A DNA stretch of 64,000 nt from positions 32,001 through 96,000 of the IMG/VR virus record IMGVR_UViG_3300029288_000085; one strand, 5' to 3'. The notes beneath the pieces are model-generated. The model worked only from the letters and a program-made list of their open reading frames with translations, was not told the origin of the DNA and made no database searches. Each line of letters starts with the position of its first letter. Position 1 is the stretch's first letter. Positions 9,575-18,602 of this stretch are shown here, piece by piece. Made by a program: the position numbers and the translations under genes. This stretch comes from a virus. Its lineage: Duplodnaviria > Caudoviricetes.

Positions 9575-10039
9575 ATGGAAATAGATAAAGAACGAATTGA
9601 TAAAAGATCAAAAGCACCTAATATTATTAGTTGTGGAATAACTCATGTTGATGGAAGATTAATTTTCAAACTAGGTAAGAAATGGAGAAATGTCTATTAT
9701 AGTATCTGTCATTTCTCTGAACATATATTTGCTATTTCACCAATAGATTATCAGTATCCAACAATGGTGACTACTATATATGTTTCACCAGTTGACGGTT
9801 TTTGTGAAAAGGCAAATAGCTGTTTGCATTTCAAATGTTTCTTGAATAAGTTCAATAAAGATGCTTTTATAAGGGAATTTAAAGGGTGTGGAGTATTTTC
9901 TTTAGGTCTTCCATTAAGTTTAGGTACAAAATCATTATGGTTTAACGATGAAAATGAAAAATGGTCTAGGGTTTGGAAGGATTTTATTATTCTAAGGGAT
10001 GGTGGTATATTGAAATTTAATGAAGGGAAAGGAGAATAG
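9575..10039 (+). CDS. Hypothetical protein
   Basis: ORF in operon. Confidence 0.5.
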   Translation: MEIDKERIDKRSKAPNIISCGITHVDGRLIFKLGKKWRNVYYSICHFSEHIFAISPIDYQYPTMVTTIYVSPVDGFCEKANSCLHFKCFLNKFNKDAFIREFKGCGVFSLGLPLSLGTKSLWFNDENEKWSRVWKDFIILRDGGILKFNEGKGE

Positions 10040-10041
10040 TT

Positions 10042-12183
10042 ATGCGTTATTTGAAGATTAGAGATGATTTGTATTTGAAACAAGAAGAAGTAAATGTAAA
10101 AGAGGAAATTGCTACACCTAAACCAACAAATCATGTTTGGATCTATGATAGATCGGGTAGTATGTATTATACTCTCCCCGGTTTAATAGAAGATCTAGTT
10201 CACAGAGTAAAACAACTACCTAAAAATGACACTATTACACTAGGATGGTTTTCTACAGAAGGAATGTTCAATTTCATAGTCAAAGGGTTTAGAATCTCTG
10301 ATAATGCCGACTATGTTTCCCTTGAAACTATGATCAGAAAGAACAATACGTCATTGTATCTCACTTGCTTTTCTGAAATATTAACGGAAACAAAAACTGT
10401 TATAGAAGATCTGAAACCTATATCTGAAAGATTCTCATTGTGCTTCTTTTCAGATGGCTATCCAGTTGTTTCTAATTATCAGAAGGAGATTTCCAATATC
10501 TTTTCAGCCATTAACCATATTAGCTATGAGATTTCTTCTGTCCTTCTAGTTGGATATGGTTCTTTCTACAATAAAGAACTTATGTCTATGATGGCAGAAA
10601 AGTTTGGTGGATCTTTGATCCATGCTAGTAATTTGAATAACTTTGCTGTAGCTCTAACCGAATTAGTTGAAAGAAGCAAGGATGCAGTAGGCCGCATATA
10701 TGTTCCTTTAATTCCCAACAAAGATGAAATCATTTTCAGTGTAAATGGTGGTATAAATGTATACAAGTCAGATCCTGTTGAGGGAGGTATTTGGTATACT
10801 CCTTGCACAAAAGGAAAGAACTGGCTGTTTACATTAACAAAAATTAAACCCTCCAGTAAGGATTATGAGGAAATAACTCTTACTGAATCTAATGTTAAAG
10901 AAACAACTTCTAAGATCAATCATTTCATTAAAGGTATCTATGCTGCTGCATATGTTCTTTCTCAAAGATGCCAGAATGATTTAGCAATGGATGTTCTAGG
11001 TATTCTTGGTGATAGGTATCTGCTTGATAGATTAAATAATGCTTTTACGGTTGATGAGTATGGGGTTGCAGAAGAAGATATAAAGAATGCAGTGACTAAT
11101 CCAAATAGAAGATTTGTTAAAGGTAGAAATACCAACTATAAAGCTCAAGATGATGCTCCTTGCGTTCTTGATCTTCTTGAATACCTTTCATCTAGGGGTG
11201 ATGTGTATCTTCTACCTCAATTTATGAATTATAAAAAGGTTGGTGTGCCTTCTGTATTCAAAGAGGGGTATCCAAAGTTTGAACCTGAAAGTGGAGTAAA
11301 ATGTAAGTTGGCTGATCTTGTATGGAACAAGAGTCAACTTAATTTGTCAATTCTATCTAGAGTTCCTGGTACTATCAAACTGAAAGATAACTATAAAAAG
11401 TTTGGATTTAAAAGCAATATCTTTAAAACTTTTGTGTGGAGAAATTATACAATTATTAAAAGTGGGATGCTTAATGTAGAAAAGTTGCCTATTGAGGCAG
11501 TTTTAGATACTATGCCTGCCTTTATTACTCCTCTTCTCCTTTTAAAGGAGGAAGAAGTATATATAGATCTAACCAAACTTCCTATTATGAATAGGAAGAT
11601 TGCAAAGGAGAATACTTCAGCTACCTCATTATTCAAAAACGCTATTTTCGAGTTGAAACTTCAAGCAGCACTTAAGTTCTTAAAATATAGAAGAAATCTA
11701 GTAGTACCTGAAGTAGAGATTCCTTCAGGATTTGAAGGATTTACTGAAGAACAAGTTACATATCTGATGGATCTTGGCGTGACTAAGAATGGGTATTCCC
11801 CACCGACTGATAAATTAGAATCTACTGATTATTATATGGCAAAGAAGTTTGAAATTAAGATTAAAGGATTTTCTTCTTTACCTAGCATAGAAACAGTTCT
11901 TAACAAAGAAAAAGCAGGAAAGAAACTTACTCCTTCTGAACAACTTATTAATCAACAGATAAAGTTCTTTGATAGTACATCAAAACTTGAAACAATTGAC
12001 TTGCAAATTGCACAATTTAAGAAAGAATTAAATGAAGTACGATATGCTATTCAGAAAGCTAAGTTTGCAGTATGTTTGGCAAAAGTGTGGTTTAATGAAT
12101 TTCCGTCTAGAGAAAATTGTATGTTAGATATTAATGGGTATAACTTGACTATTGAACTTGGTGAACAAAAAGTTGAATATTAG
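10042..12183 (+). CDS. vWA (MIDAS) domain protein
   Basis: YDRSGSM (DxSxS) and FFSDGY. Confidence 0.75.
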   Translation: MRYLKIRDDLYLKQEEVNVKEEIATPKPTNHVWIYDRSGSMYYTLPGLIEDLVHRVKQLPKNDTITLGWFSTEGMFNFIVKGFRISDNADYVSLETMIRKNNTSLYLTCFSEILTETKTVIEDLKPISERFSLCFFSDGYPVVSNYQKEISNIFSAINHISYEISSVLLVGYGSFYNKELMSMMAEKFGGSLIHASNLNNFAVALTELVERSKDAVGRIYVPLIPNKDEIIFSVNGGINVYKSDPVEGGIWYTPCTKGKNWLFTLTKIKPSSKDYEEITLTESNVKETTSKINHFIKGIYAAAYVLSQRCQNDLAMDVLGILGDRYLLDRLNNAFTVDEYGVAEEDIKNAVTNPNRRFVKGRNTNYKAQDDAPCVLDLLEYLSSRGDVYLLPQFMNYKKVGVPSVFKEGYPKFEPESGVKCKLADLVWNKSQLNLSILSRVPGTIKLKDNYKKFGFKSNIFKTFVWRNYTIIKSGMLNVEKLPIEAVLDTMPAFITPLLLLKEEEVYIDLTKLPIMNRKIAKENTSATSLFKNAIFELKLQAALKFLKYRRNLVVPEVEIPSGFEGFTEEQVTYLMDLGVTKNGYSPPTDKLESTDYYMAKKFEIKIKGFSSLPSIETVLNKEKAGKKLTPSEQLINQQIKFFDSTSKLETIDLQIAQFKKELNEVRYAIQKAKFAVCLAKVWFNEFPSRENCMLDINGYNLTIELGEQKVEY

Positions 12184-12200
12184 AAAAGGAGAAAAGAAAT

Positions 12201-12647
12201 ATGAAAAAAGAAAATAAAGTAGAAGAGATGAAAACTTATTTAATAGAGCATGATAACGGCGAGGAAAGAAAAATAACAGTTCCAGCTAATTGGAAAGTTA
12301 CTTTTGGACCAGCAGCATCAGGATCTTATAAAAGTGATACTACGGGTCGTTATAAAATGCCTTTAGCCTTGAGATTTTATGAGGGTAAAGATAAGCAGAG
12401 AGCTATTTTTACGGATGTGAAGAGTTTTAGAGACCTTAGTATAAAAGTAGAGATCAGAAAGATTAGTGTACAAGAAAAACAAGGTTATATGGAATGTGAT
12501 GGTGAACGTAAAGCAACAACATTCCGTGCTGAAGTAGCAACTTGGGTTAATCCAGATGAAGTGGTTATAAAGAAACTTCCTAGCCCATCAAAGGTTAAAG
12601 ATTTTGATGTTTCATTTAATGAAATTAAACCTGTAGAAGAAGATTAA
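12201..12647 (+). CDS. Hypothetical protein
   Basis: SD AAAGGAG. Confidence 0.6.
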   Translation: MKKENKVEEMKTYLIEHDNGEERKITVPANWKVTFGPAASGSYKSDTTGRYKMPLALRFYEGKDKQRAIFTDVKSFRDLSIKVEIRKISVQEKQGYMECDGERKATTFRAEVATWVNPDEVVIKKLPSPSKVKDFDVSFNEIKPVEED

Positions 12648-13162
12648 AGGTTTATTATAGATTGTGTTGTGGGTATAAATAAACCATTATCCATCTCCCA
12701 ATGACAATTTGGGCATAATGCAATTAAATTTGATAAATCATTTATCACTGTAATACTTGTGTCTAAGTCAAATAAATGAATTGCTTTTATATGACATATT
12801 TCATAGTGAAATTTATACCCACAACGTTCACAACATTTAGGTCTGGTGGATCTTTTGTATATTATTTTAGCTTGTGCTCGTATTCTTGAATATCTGTTGG
12901 AAGGACCATGTTTTTCAATGTCAGTTAAAATAGTTCTTAATGTTATTTGATTCCAATTAATAACTTGTGGATTATGTATGTCACATAATGTTTTTCTTCT
13001 TTGAATTTCAATGTCACAAATTTTGCAACGATAAGTTTTTCTTTTACGTTTTTTATGGATTTTATTGTTGAAAATTGCTGCACAAGTCATAGAACAAAAT
13101 TTAGGGTTTGTAGTGTACTTTTCACAAAGTGGGTTTGAGCATTTATGTTTTTTATCATTCAT
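12644..13162 (-). CDS. HNH endonuclease, free-standing and antisense to its neighbours
   Basis: CERCG...ICHIKAI...NDLSNLIALCPNCHWEMD; N-terminal FCSMTC zinc motif; likely start MNDKK. Confidence 0.8.
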   Translation of the reverse strand: MNDKKHKCSNPLCEKYTTNPKFCSMTCAAIFNNKIHKKRKRKTYRCKICDIEIQRRKTLCDIHNPQVINWNQITLRTILTDIEKHGPSNRYSRIRAQAKIIYKRSTRPKCCERCGYKFHYEICHIKAIHLFDLDTSITVINDLSNLIALCPNCHWEMDNGLFIPTTQSIINL

Positions 13163-13240
13163 ATATAAATGAATATAGATGACTTGAATTTGCAATGTTT
13201 ATTCAAGTCATGTTGGGGCGATTAAAAAGAGAATACATCA

Positions 13241-13615
13241 ATGTTATATATTAAATTAATGTGTTTACTTATATTACTTTCTTCCTGTTCTATTGGTTAT
13301 AGAGTAATACCTAACTATTATCTTAATAAAGATGTAATAACACAGATGAATTTTCTTTATGATCCATGGATGGAAAAAGGATTTTGTGTTTCTTCATATG
13401 AAGTTCATAATATTTTAGATGGTGGGTGGATGAGTTACCCTTTACCTATCTGTAATTTTACTGAAATAGTATTTCATACCCATCCAATATGGGCTGAAAA
13501 TGGAGCTAATATTTTAGATGGGTTAATTTGGGATGAGTATAATCGAAGATTTGGAAATAAGAAATATGGTGTTATGTTAGGGATAGATGAATTTAAGGTA
13601 TATATAAAAGAATAA
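13241..13615 (+). CDS. Putative lipoprotein with HxH motif
   Basis: Hydrophobic leader ending LLSSC; FHTHP. Confidence 0.5.
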   Translation: MLYIKLMCLLILLSSCSIGYRVIPNYYLNKDVITQMNFLYDPWMEKGFCVSSYEVHNILDGGWMSYPLPICNFTEIVFHTHPIWAENGANILDGLIWDEYNRRFGNKKYGVMLGIDEFKVYIKE

Positions 13616-13625
13616 AGGAGTCTAT

Positions 13626-13901
13626 ATGAAAAGACTAATTTGTTTATTGTGTGCAATAGCATTGTTAATATGTGCTTGTGGTGATACGAAAGTCATCAAC
13701 GGAACAGAATATGATACTTATGGTTTATTGAATTCTGATAGTAAAAAGAATTCTAATATTGAGTATGAAGTAATTTGGGGTAATATTGTTTGGGGTATTG
13801 TATTGTTTGAGACTATTGTAGCTCCTGTATATTTCTTTGGATTTTCATTGTTTGAACCAGTAGGACCAAAACCTTTAATAAAAGGAGAAGTCGTGAAGTA
13901 A
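13626..13901 (+). CDS. Phage lipoprotein / membrane protein
   Basis: Lipobox ICAC; YDTYGL...WGNIVWGIVLFETI. Confidence 0.65.
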   Translation: MKRLICLLCAIALLICACGDTKVINGTEYDTYGLLNSDSKKNSNIEYEVIWGNIVWGIVLFETIVAPVYFFGFSLFEPVGPKPLIKGEVVK

Positions 13902-14428
13902 TGAAAAAATTAGATTGGGATCAATACTTTATGAATCTTGTTTATCTTATTGCTATGAGATCTCATGATCCCAAGACTCATGTAGGTGCAGTAATAGTTA
14001 AACCAGACAACAGTATTGTGAGTACAGGTTATAATGCATTTCCTTATGGTGTAATAGATTGTTGGAGAGAAGAATGTAAGGACAAATTGTGTGAAAAATG
14101 TAGAACAGAAAGACCATACAAATATTTCTTCTTTTCTCATGGAGAATCTAATGCTGTACTTTTAGCTGCTAGAAATGGACATTCAACAACAGGCTGTAGA
14201 ATGTACACTAATGGTATTCCTTGTACTAACTGTGCTAAAGCTGTCATCCAAGCTGGAATAATAGAAGTAATAACAGATAAGCAATGGACAACAGATGCTA
14301 ACTCTAAGTGGAAGGAAGAAGCTGAGATAAGTAAACAAATGTTTTTTGAGGCTAGTGTAAAACTTAGAGAGATAGATGTGAATTTGGTGAAAGTAGTTAA
14401 ATTTGTCAATGGGCAAATATTTGACTAA
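13901..14428 (+). CDS. dCMP deaminase
   Basis: RSHDP..HVGAVIV, STGYN, HGESNA, PCTNCAKAVIQAGI. Confidence 0.9.
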   Translation: MKKLDWDQYFMNLVYLIAMRSHDPKTHVGAVIVKPDNSIVSTGYNAFPYGVIDCWREECKDKLCEKCRTERPYKYFFFSHGESNAVLLAARNGHSTTGCRMYTNGIPCTNCAKAVIQAGIIEVITDKQWTTDANSKWKEEAEISKQMFFEASVKLREIDVNLVKVVKFVNGQIFD

Positions 14429-14434
14429 AAGTAG

Positions 14435-15079
14435 GTGGTTTATGTGTACTTTATTTCTGATTTACATTTGGGAGTGAGGGATAAAAAAGATGATTTTCAA
14501 GAGAGTGTGCTAGAATGTCTAAGATTTTTAGTTTCTATCCCTAATAAAAGTTTAGTTCTTGTGGGCGATATTTATGATTTGTGGGAGAATGATTATAGTG
14601 AGATTTATGATAAGTATGAGAATCTTATTGATATTTTAGAGGCAAAAAAATATGCTTATATTATAGGGAACCATGATTCTAAGATTAGTAAATCTTTTAG
14701 TGAAAAACTAATCATAAATGATACATTAGTAATGCATGGACATCAATTTGATTTTGCAAATAAAGGAAAGGGTTTTATTGGTAGATGGATGACTAAGATG
14801 GTATCTTGGATGGAAAAACGAATTTGGTCTGACATAGATATACCATTTTTTAAATTTGAAATGTGGATTAAACGTCATGGAAAGTATGCCAATGCAAAAA
14901 CATTTCAAGATGTAGCTTTTGATTATATTAATGATTATAATGTGGATGATAGAAAGATAAAGCGGATTATAACAGGGCATACTCATCAGTTAGATCATGC
15001 TGTTAGAGGTGAACTTGAATATTATAACTGTGGAACATGGACTAATGGGCATAAGGATGTGTGGGAGATTAACATATGA
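14435..15079 (+). CDS. Calcineurin-like metallophosphoesterase (LpxH-like)
   Basis: SDLHLG, VGDIYD, GNHD, HGHQFD, GHTH. Confidence 0.8.
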   Translation: MVYVYFISDLHLGVRDKKDDFQESVLECLRFLVSIPNKSLVLVGDIYDLWENDYSEIYDKYENLIDILEAKKYAYIIGNHDSKISKSFSEKLIINDTLVMHGHQFDFANKGKGFIGRWMTKMVSWMEKRIWSDIDIPFFKFEMWIKRHGKYANAKTFQDVAFDYINDYNVDDRKIKRIITGHTHQLDHAVRGELEYYNCGTWTNGHKDVWEINI

Positions 15080-15711
15080 CTGAATATCCTAAAATTAATA
15101 CTGTCTTCAAACGTGATATATCTACTAAATTTAAGACTATTATTGATGGTGGGTGGTCTCAATCTGAATTTGAATATCTAGCTAATAATATGTGGATTTT
15201 CACTGAAAAGGTAGATGGTACAAATATTAGAGTGATGTGGAATAATGAAAATAAAATACTTACTTTTGGTGGTAAGACAGATAATGCCCAAATACCTGCA
15301 TTTTTAGTAAATAAGCTTCAACAGATGTTTAAACTTGAAGTGTTTGATTCCATGTTTGATGCTTCGGTTTGTCTTTATGGTGAGGGTTATGGTGCAAAGA
15401 TTCAAAAAGGTGGGGGAAACTATAGACAGGATCAGAGTTTTGTTTTATTTGATGTGAAGATAGAAAATTGGTGGTTACAAAGGAAGGATGTAGTAGATCT
15501 AGCTTCAAAATTAGGAATTGAAGTTGTTCCTATTATTGGATTAGGTACTCTTTTTAATATGGTTGAACTAGTTAAAAAAGGATTTCAGTCTACTTGGGGA
15601 AGTTTTGAAGCTGAAGGTGTTGTGGCTAGACCTGAAGTAGAACTTCAAACAAGAAGTGGTAATAGAATAATAACTAAGTTGAAGTGTAAGGATTTTAGAA
15701 ATAATGAGTAA
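15076..15711 (+). CDS. ATP-dependent RNA ligase (Rnl2-like)
   Basis: YPKI, TEKVDGTN (motif I), LYGE, FVLFD, EGVV, KLK. Confidence 0.85.
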   Translation: MTEYPKINTVFKRDISTKFKTIIDGGWSQSEFEYLANNMWIFTEKVDGTNIRVMWNNENKILTFGGKTDNAQIPAFLVNKLQQMFKLEVFDSMFDASVCLYGEGYGAKIQKGGGNYRQDQSFVLFDVKIENWWLQRKDVVDLASKLGIEVVPIIGLGTLFNMVELVKKGFQSTWGSFEAEGVVARPEVELQTRSGNRIITKLKCKDFRNNE

Positions 15712-16105
15712 AAAAGGTATTAAAATTTCTAGTAGGAAAGCTAAAGGAAGAAATTTACAGAAGTATATAGCGACTAAGATATCAGAGTTATTAGGTATTC
15801 CTTGGGGAAAAGATGAACTAATAAGATCTCGTGAGATGGGACAATCAGGAACAGATATTGTTCTTATTGGAGAGGCTGGAAAGAGATTTCCATATAGTAT
15901 AGAATGTAAAAATCAAGAAAAATGGGATCTCGCTGCTTATGTTGAACAAGCTAAGTCTAACCAGAAGAAAGGTACTGATTGGTTATTATTTATAAAACGA
16001 AATCGAGAAAAACCCATTGTTGTAATGGATGTCGAAGTATTGTTTAATCTATTTAAGCAGATAGAGGAAAGCAAATATGTGGGGAAAGAAGAAAATAGAA
16101 ATTAA
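15704..16105 (+). CDS. Holliday junction resolvase, PD-(D/E)XK type
   Basis: KAKGRNLQ, GQSGTDI, SIECKNQE. Confidence 0.75.
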   Translation: MSKKGIKISSRKAKGRNLQKYIATKISELLGIPWGKDELIRSREMGQSGTDIVLIGEAGKRFPYSIECKNQEKWDLAAYVEQAKSNQKKGTDWLLFIKRNREKPIVVMDVEVLFNLFKQIEESKYVGKEENRN

Positions 16106-16361
16106 AGAAGAAGTTGGCACAAAAGAAAATAGATTAGATATTCTCTTTTCTGATGGTAGAATTTTACGGTGGTCTGTTCCTTATGATCAACATAAAATTC
16201 GACCTTGGCGAAACTTTTATAAATGGTTTTTTGGGAGAGATAATAGTGGGGTATTTGTAATGCGCCACAAAGATGGGGAGACAACATTTAGGAAACAAGA
16301 TATTAGACGAATTGAGATAACAATTGCTTTAAAAAGTGAAAGAGATAAGTTTGATTTATAA
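16077..16361 (+). CDS. Hypothetical protein
   Basis: ORF in operon. Confidence 0.5.
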   Translation: MWGKKKIEIKEEVGTKENRLDILFSDGRILRWSVPYDQHKIRPWRNFYKWFFGRDNSGVFVMRHKDGETTFRKQDIRRIEITIALKSERDKFDL

Positions 16362-16384
16362 ATGATAATTCAGAGGAGTAATCT

Positions 16385-16705
16385 ATGGACTTTTGTATTT
16401 CTGGTGAAGAATTAAAAAAGGCATTAAAAGATATTAGAATTGCTGAAAAGAATGGATTCAAATGTTGCTTATCTGTTTTCAAGTTAATTCAATGTGGTTG
16501 GAGTATTACAGAATGTAGAGCAGCATATAGTGATATAGTTGAACAAGCATCATGGGATGATGGAAGTTTACAGTGGGGTCGCCATCAAGGAGTAACAAAA
16601 AGATTTAAATTCAAGAATAATAAACTTGTACTGATTAAGGAGAAAAATATTAAGGTTAATGCTAAAAAAGGTGATGTCTGTAAAAGACAGACAAGAAGAG
16701 TTTAA
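16385..16705 (+). CDS. Hypothetical protein
   Basis: SD GAGGAG. Confidence 0.5.
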   Translation: MDFCISGEELKKALKDIRIAEKNGFKCCLSVFKLIQCGWSITECRAAYSDIVEQASWDDGSLQWGRHQGVTKRFKFKNNKLVLIKEKNIKVNAKKGDVCKRQTRRV

Positions 16706-17030
16706 AAAGTTCACTGAAGAACAGTCAAAAGTTTTACTAGGAAAAGGACATGATTATACTGCTGGTAAAGCAGAAAGCGATGCCTATGCAAATTTTCGTA
16801 TCATTGCAATGTTGTTAGAAGGAGCACCTATAACTCCATATACAATTGCTATGATCTATAAACTGAAACATCTCTTTTCATTACTGACTTTCATTAAGAC
16901 AGGTAAACAAGAATCAGGTGAAGGTTTGTTAGGTAGACATATAGACGACAGCAATTATACTTTTATTTTATCACAACTTGTGGAGGATCATTTAGAATAT
17001 TTTGATGAACACAATAAATCAAATAGCTGA
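16659..17030 (+). CDS. Nucleotide-modification-associated (Nmad1/DUF1599-like) helical protein
   Basis: KGHDYT...DAYANFR...KH...ESGEGL.GR..D..NY pattern. Confidence 0.55.
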   Translation: MLKKVMSVKDRQEEFKKFTEEQSKVLLGKGHDYTAGKAESDAYANFRIIAMLLEGAPITPYTIAMIYKLKHLFSLLTFIKTGKQESGEGLLGRHIDDSNYTFILSQLVEDHLEYFDEHNKSNS

Positions 17031-17367
17031 TGAAGTATATCAGCTTGCTTGGGAAAAAGGTTGGCATTCAGATGAAGAAAAGGAAGATGCTTTTATTGAA
17101 AGGACATGTAATAATTTACACGATGAAATAAGTGAACTTCATGAAGCATGGCGAAATAATAGACTACATACTCCTTGTGATAAATCATCAGATATGTTCT
17201 TGATAGATATTATACCTCTTTCCTGTATAGAAGAAGAAATGGCTGATATTATCATTAGAACACTTGATAGCTGTAGAAAATTACACATTGATATACAATC
17301 AGCTATAGAACGTAAACATGCTTATAATAAAACTAGACCTTTCAGACACGGTGGTAAGAAGAGTTGA
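17002..17367 (+). CDS. MazG-like nucleoside triphosphate pyrophosphohydrolase
   Basis: HDEISELHEA...EEMADIIIR...KHAYNKTRPFRHGGK. Confidence 0.8.
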   Translation: MMNTINQIADEVYQLAWEKGWHSDEEKEDAFIERTCNNLHDEISELHEAWRNNRLHTPCDKSSDMFLIDIIPLSCIEEEMADIIIRTLDSCRKLHIDIQSAIERKHAYNKTRPFRHGGKKS

Positions 17368-17918
17368 ATATAATAACAGATTTGGATGATTGTGTTATAG
17401 ACACATCTCATGAAATAATAAAAAGATTAGAAAAGATTTACAATAGAAAATTTGATTGGAATTATATAAGTGAACATAATGTGGAGAAATGTTATAATCT
17501 TGATAGGGAGATAGTAAGAGACTGTATAAATAAGACTTTAGCTTCTCCCATTGTTCCAATAATTGAAGATTCAGTTTCTACTATTTTGAAACTTTTGGAA
17601 AAGAATGATGTTTATATATTATCCCACCGACCTTTATATTTATATGATCATACAAGAAATATGTTAAATAAGATAGGGTTAGATAAAGTCCTTCTTATTT
17701 TAGAATATGATGATAGTAAATCAGAGATTGCTAAGTCCTTAGACGCTAACATTGTAATAGATGATAAAGCAGAAACTTTAATAGATTACTATAATAAGAC
17801 AGATTGTGTATGCTTTATAATGAATAAACCATGGAATCAAAACTTAGATGAAGATTGGAGAATGGTAAGAGCAGATTCATGGAAGTTTATATGTGACTGT
17901 ATAGGAGAGATGAAGTGA
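17364..17918 (+). CDS. HAD-family 5'(3')-deoxyribonucleotidase
   Basis: DLDDCVID, LSHR, IDD, KPWN. Confidence 0.8.
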   Translation: MNIITDLDDCVIDTSHEIIKRLEKIYNRKFDWNYISEHNVEKCYNLDREIVRDCINKTLASPIVPIIEDSVSTILKLLEKNDVYILSHRPLYLYDHTRNMLNKIGLDKVLLILEYDDSKSEIAKSLDANIVIDDKAETLIDYYNKTDCVCFIMNKPWNQNLDEDWRMVRADSWKFICDCIGEMK

Positions 17919-18178
17919 AACTAAAAGAATTACAGAATATCACTCTTCCATTGAAAATTCGATATGAATATATCACAATGGGAGAAACGGCATATGCTAA
18001 TGCATCCCTTCATATGGTGGGGGTAAATACAATAGAAGTTTTGTCAATAATCGGTAGTTTGATCTTTTACAAAAGTCATCGTGATGATTATGGAAGTTCT
18101 CACGCTTTTTGTACAGTTTCTGATTTTTACCAATGGTATGGTGACTATGAGGTGCTAGATGAAATTAAAAAATTGTAA
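17915..18178 (+). CDS. Hypothetical protein
   Basis: Overlapping ORF in operon. Confidence 0.5.
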   Translation: MKLKELQNITLPLKIRYEYITMGETAYANASLHMVGVNTIEVLSIIGSLIFYKSHRDDYGSSHAFCTVSDFYQWYGDYEVLDEIKKL

Positions 18179-18596
18179 ACATGTTTCTGCATTAATGAAA
18201 TTGTTTGGTGTGCGTGAAAGTGGTATTGGAATTGAAGTATATGTAGTCGGTATCTTATCATCCACTGCTGATCTCATAGGAGGGTACTCAGGGGAGAATG
18301 TAGTCATATATAAGTATACAGAAATATCTAAAGATGATAAACAAGAGACCTATTACCATTTATGCTCCCAAAGAGATTTCTTCAGTTCTTTCAATGATTT
18401 TGACATAATTGATAGTAGAGAAGTAGATTTAAGTAAAAATACGAAAATAAAATTAAAGAATGCAGATAAGTTTTATTATGTAATAAAAACATTAGATAAC
18501 GGATTTCTTTTTTGTACAGCAGTTCAGCCTTCTGCTTTGGAAAAAGCAAGTAATATAACATATTATATTAAGGCTGAAGATACGGTGGAGGTGTAA
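18159..18596 (+). CDS. Hypothetical protein
   Basis: ORF in operon. Confidence 0.5.
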   Translation: MKLKNCKHVSALMKLFGVRESGIGIEVYVVGILSSTADLIGGYSGENVVIYKYTEISKDDKQETYYHLCSQRDFFSSFNDFDIIDSREVDLSKNTKIKLKNADKFYYVIKTLDNGFLFCTAVQPSALEKASNITYYIKAEDTVEV

Positions 18597-18602
18597 TGAT
18601 TT

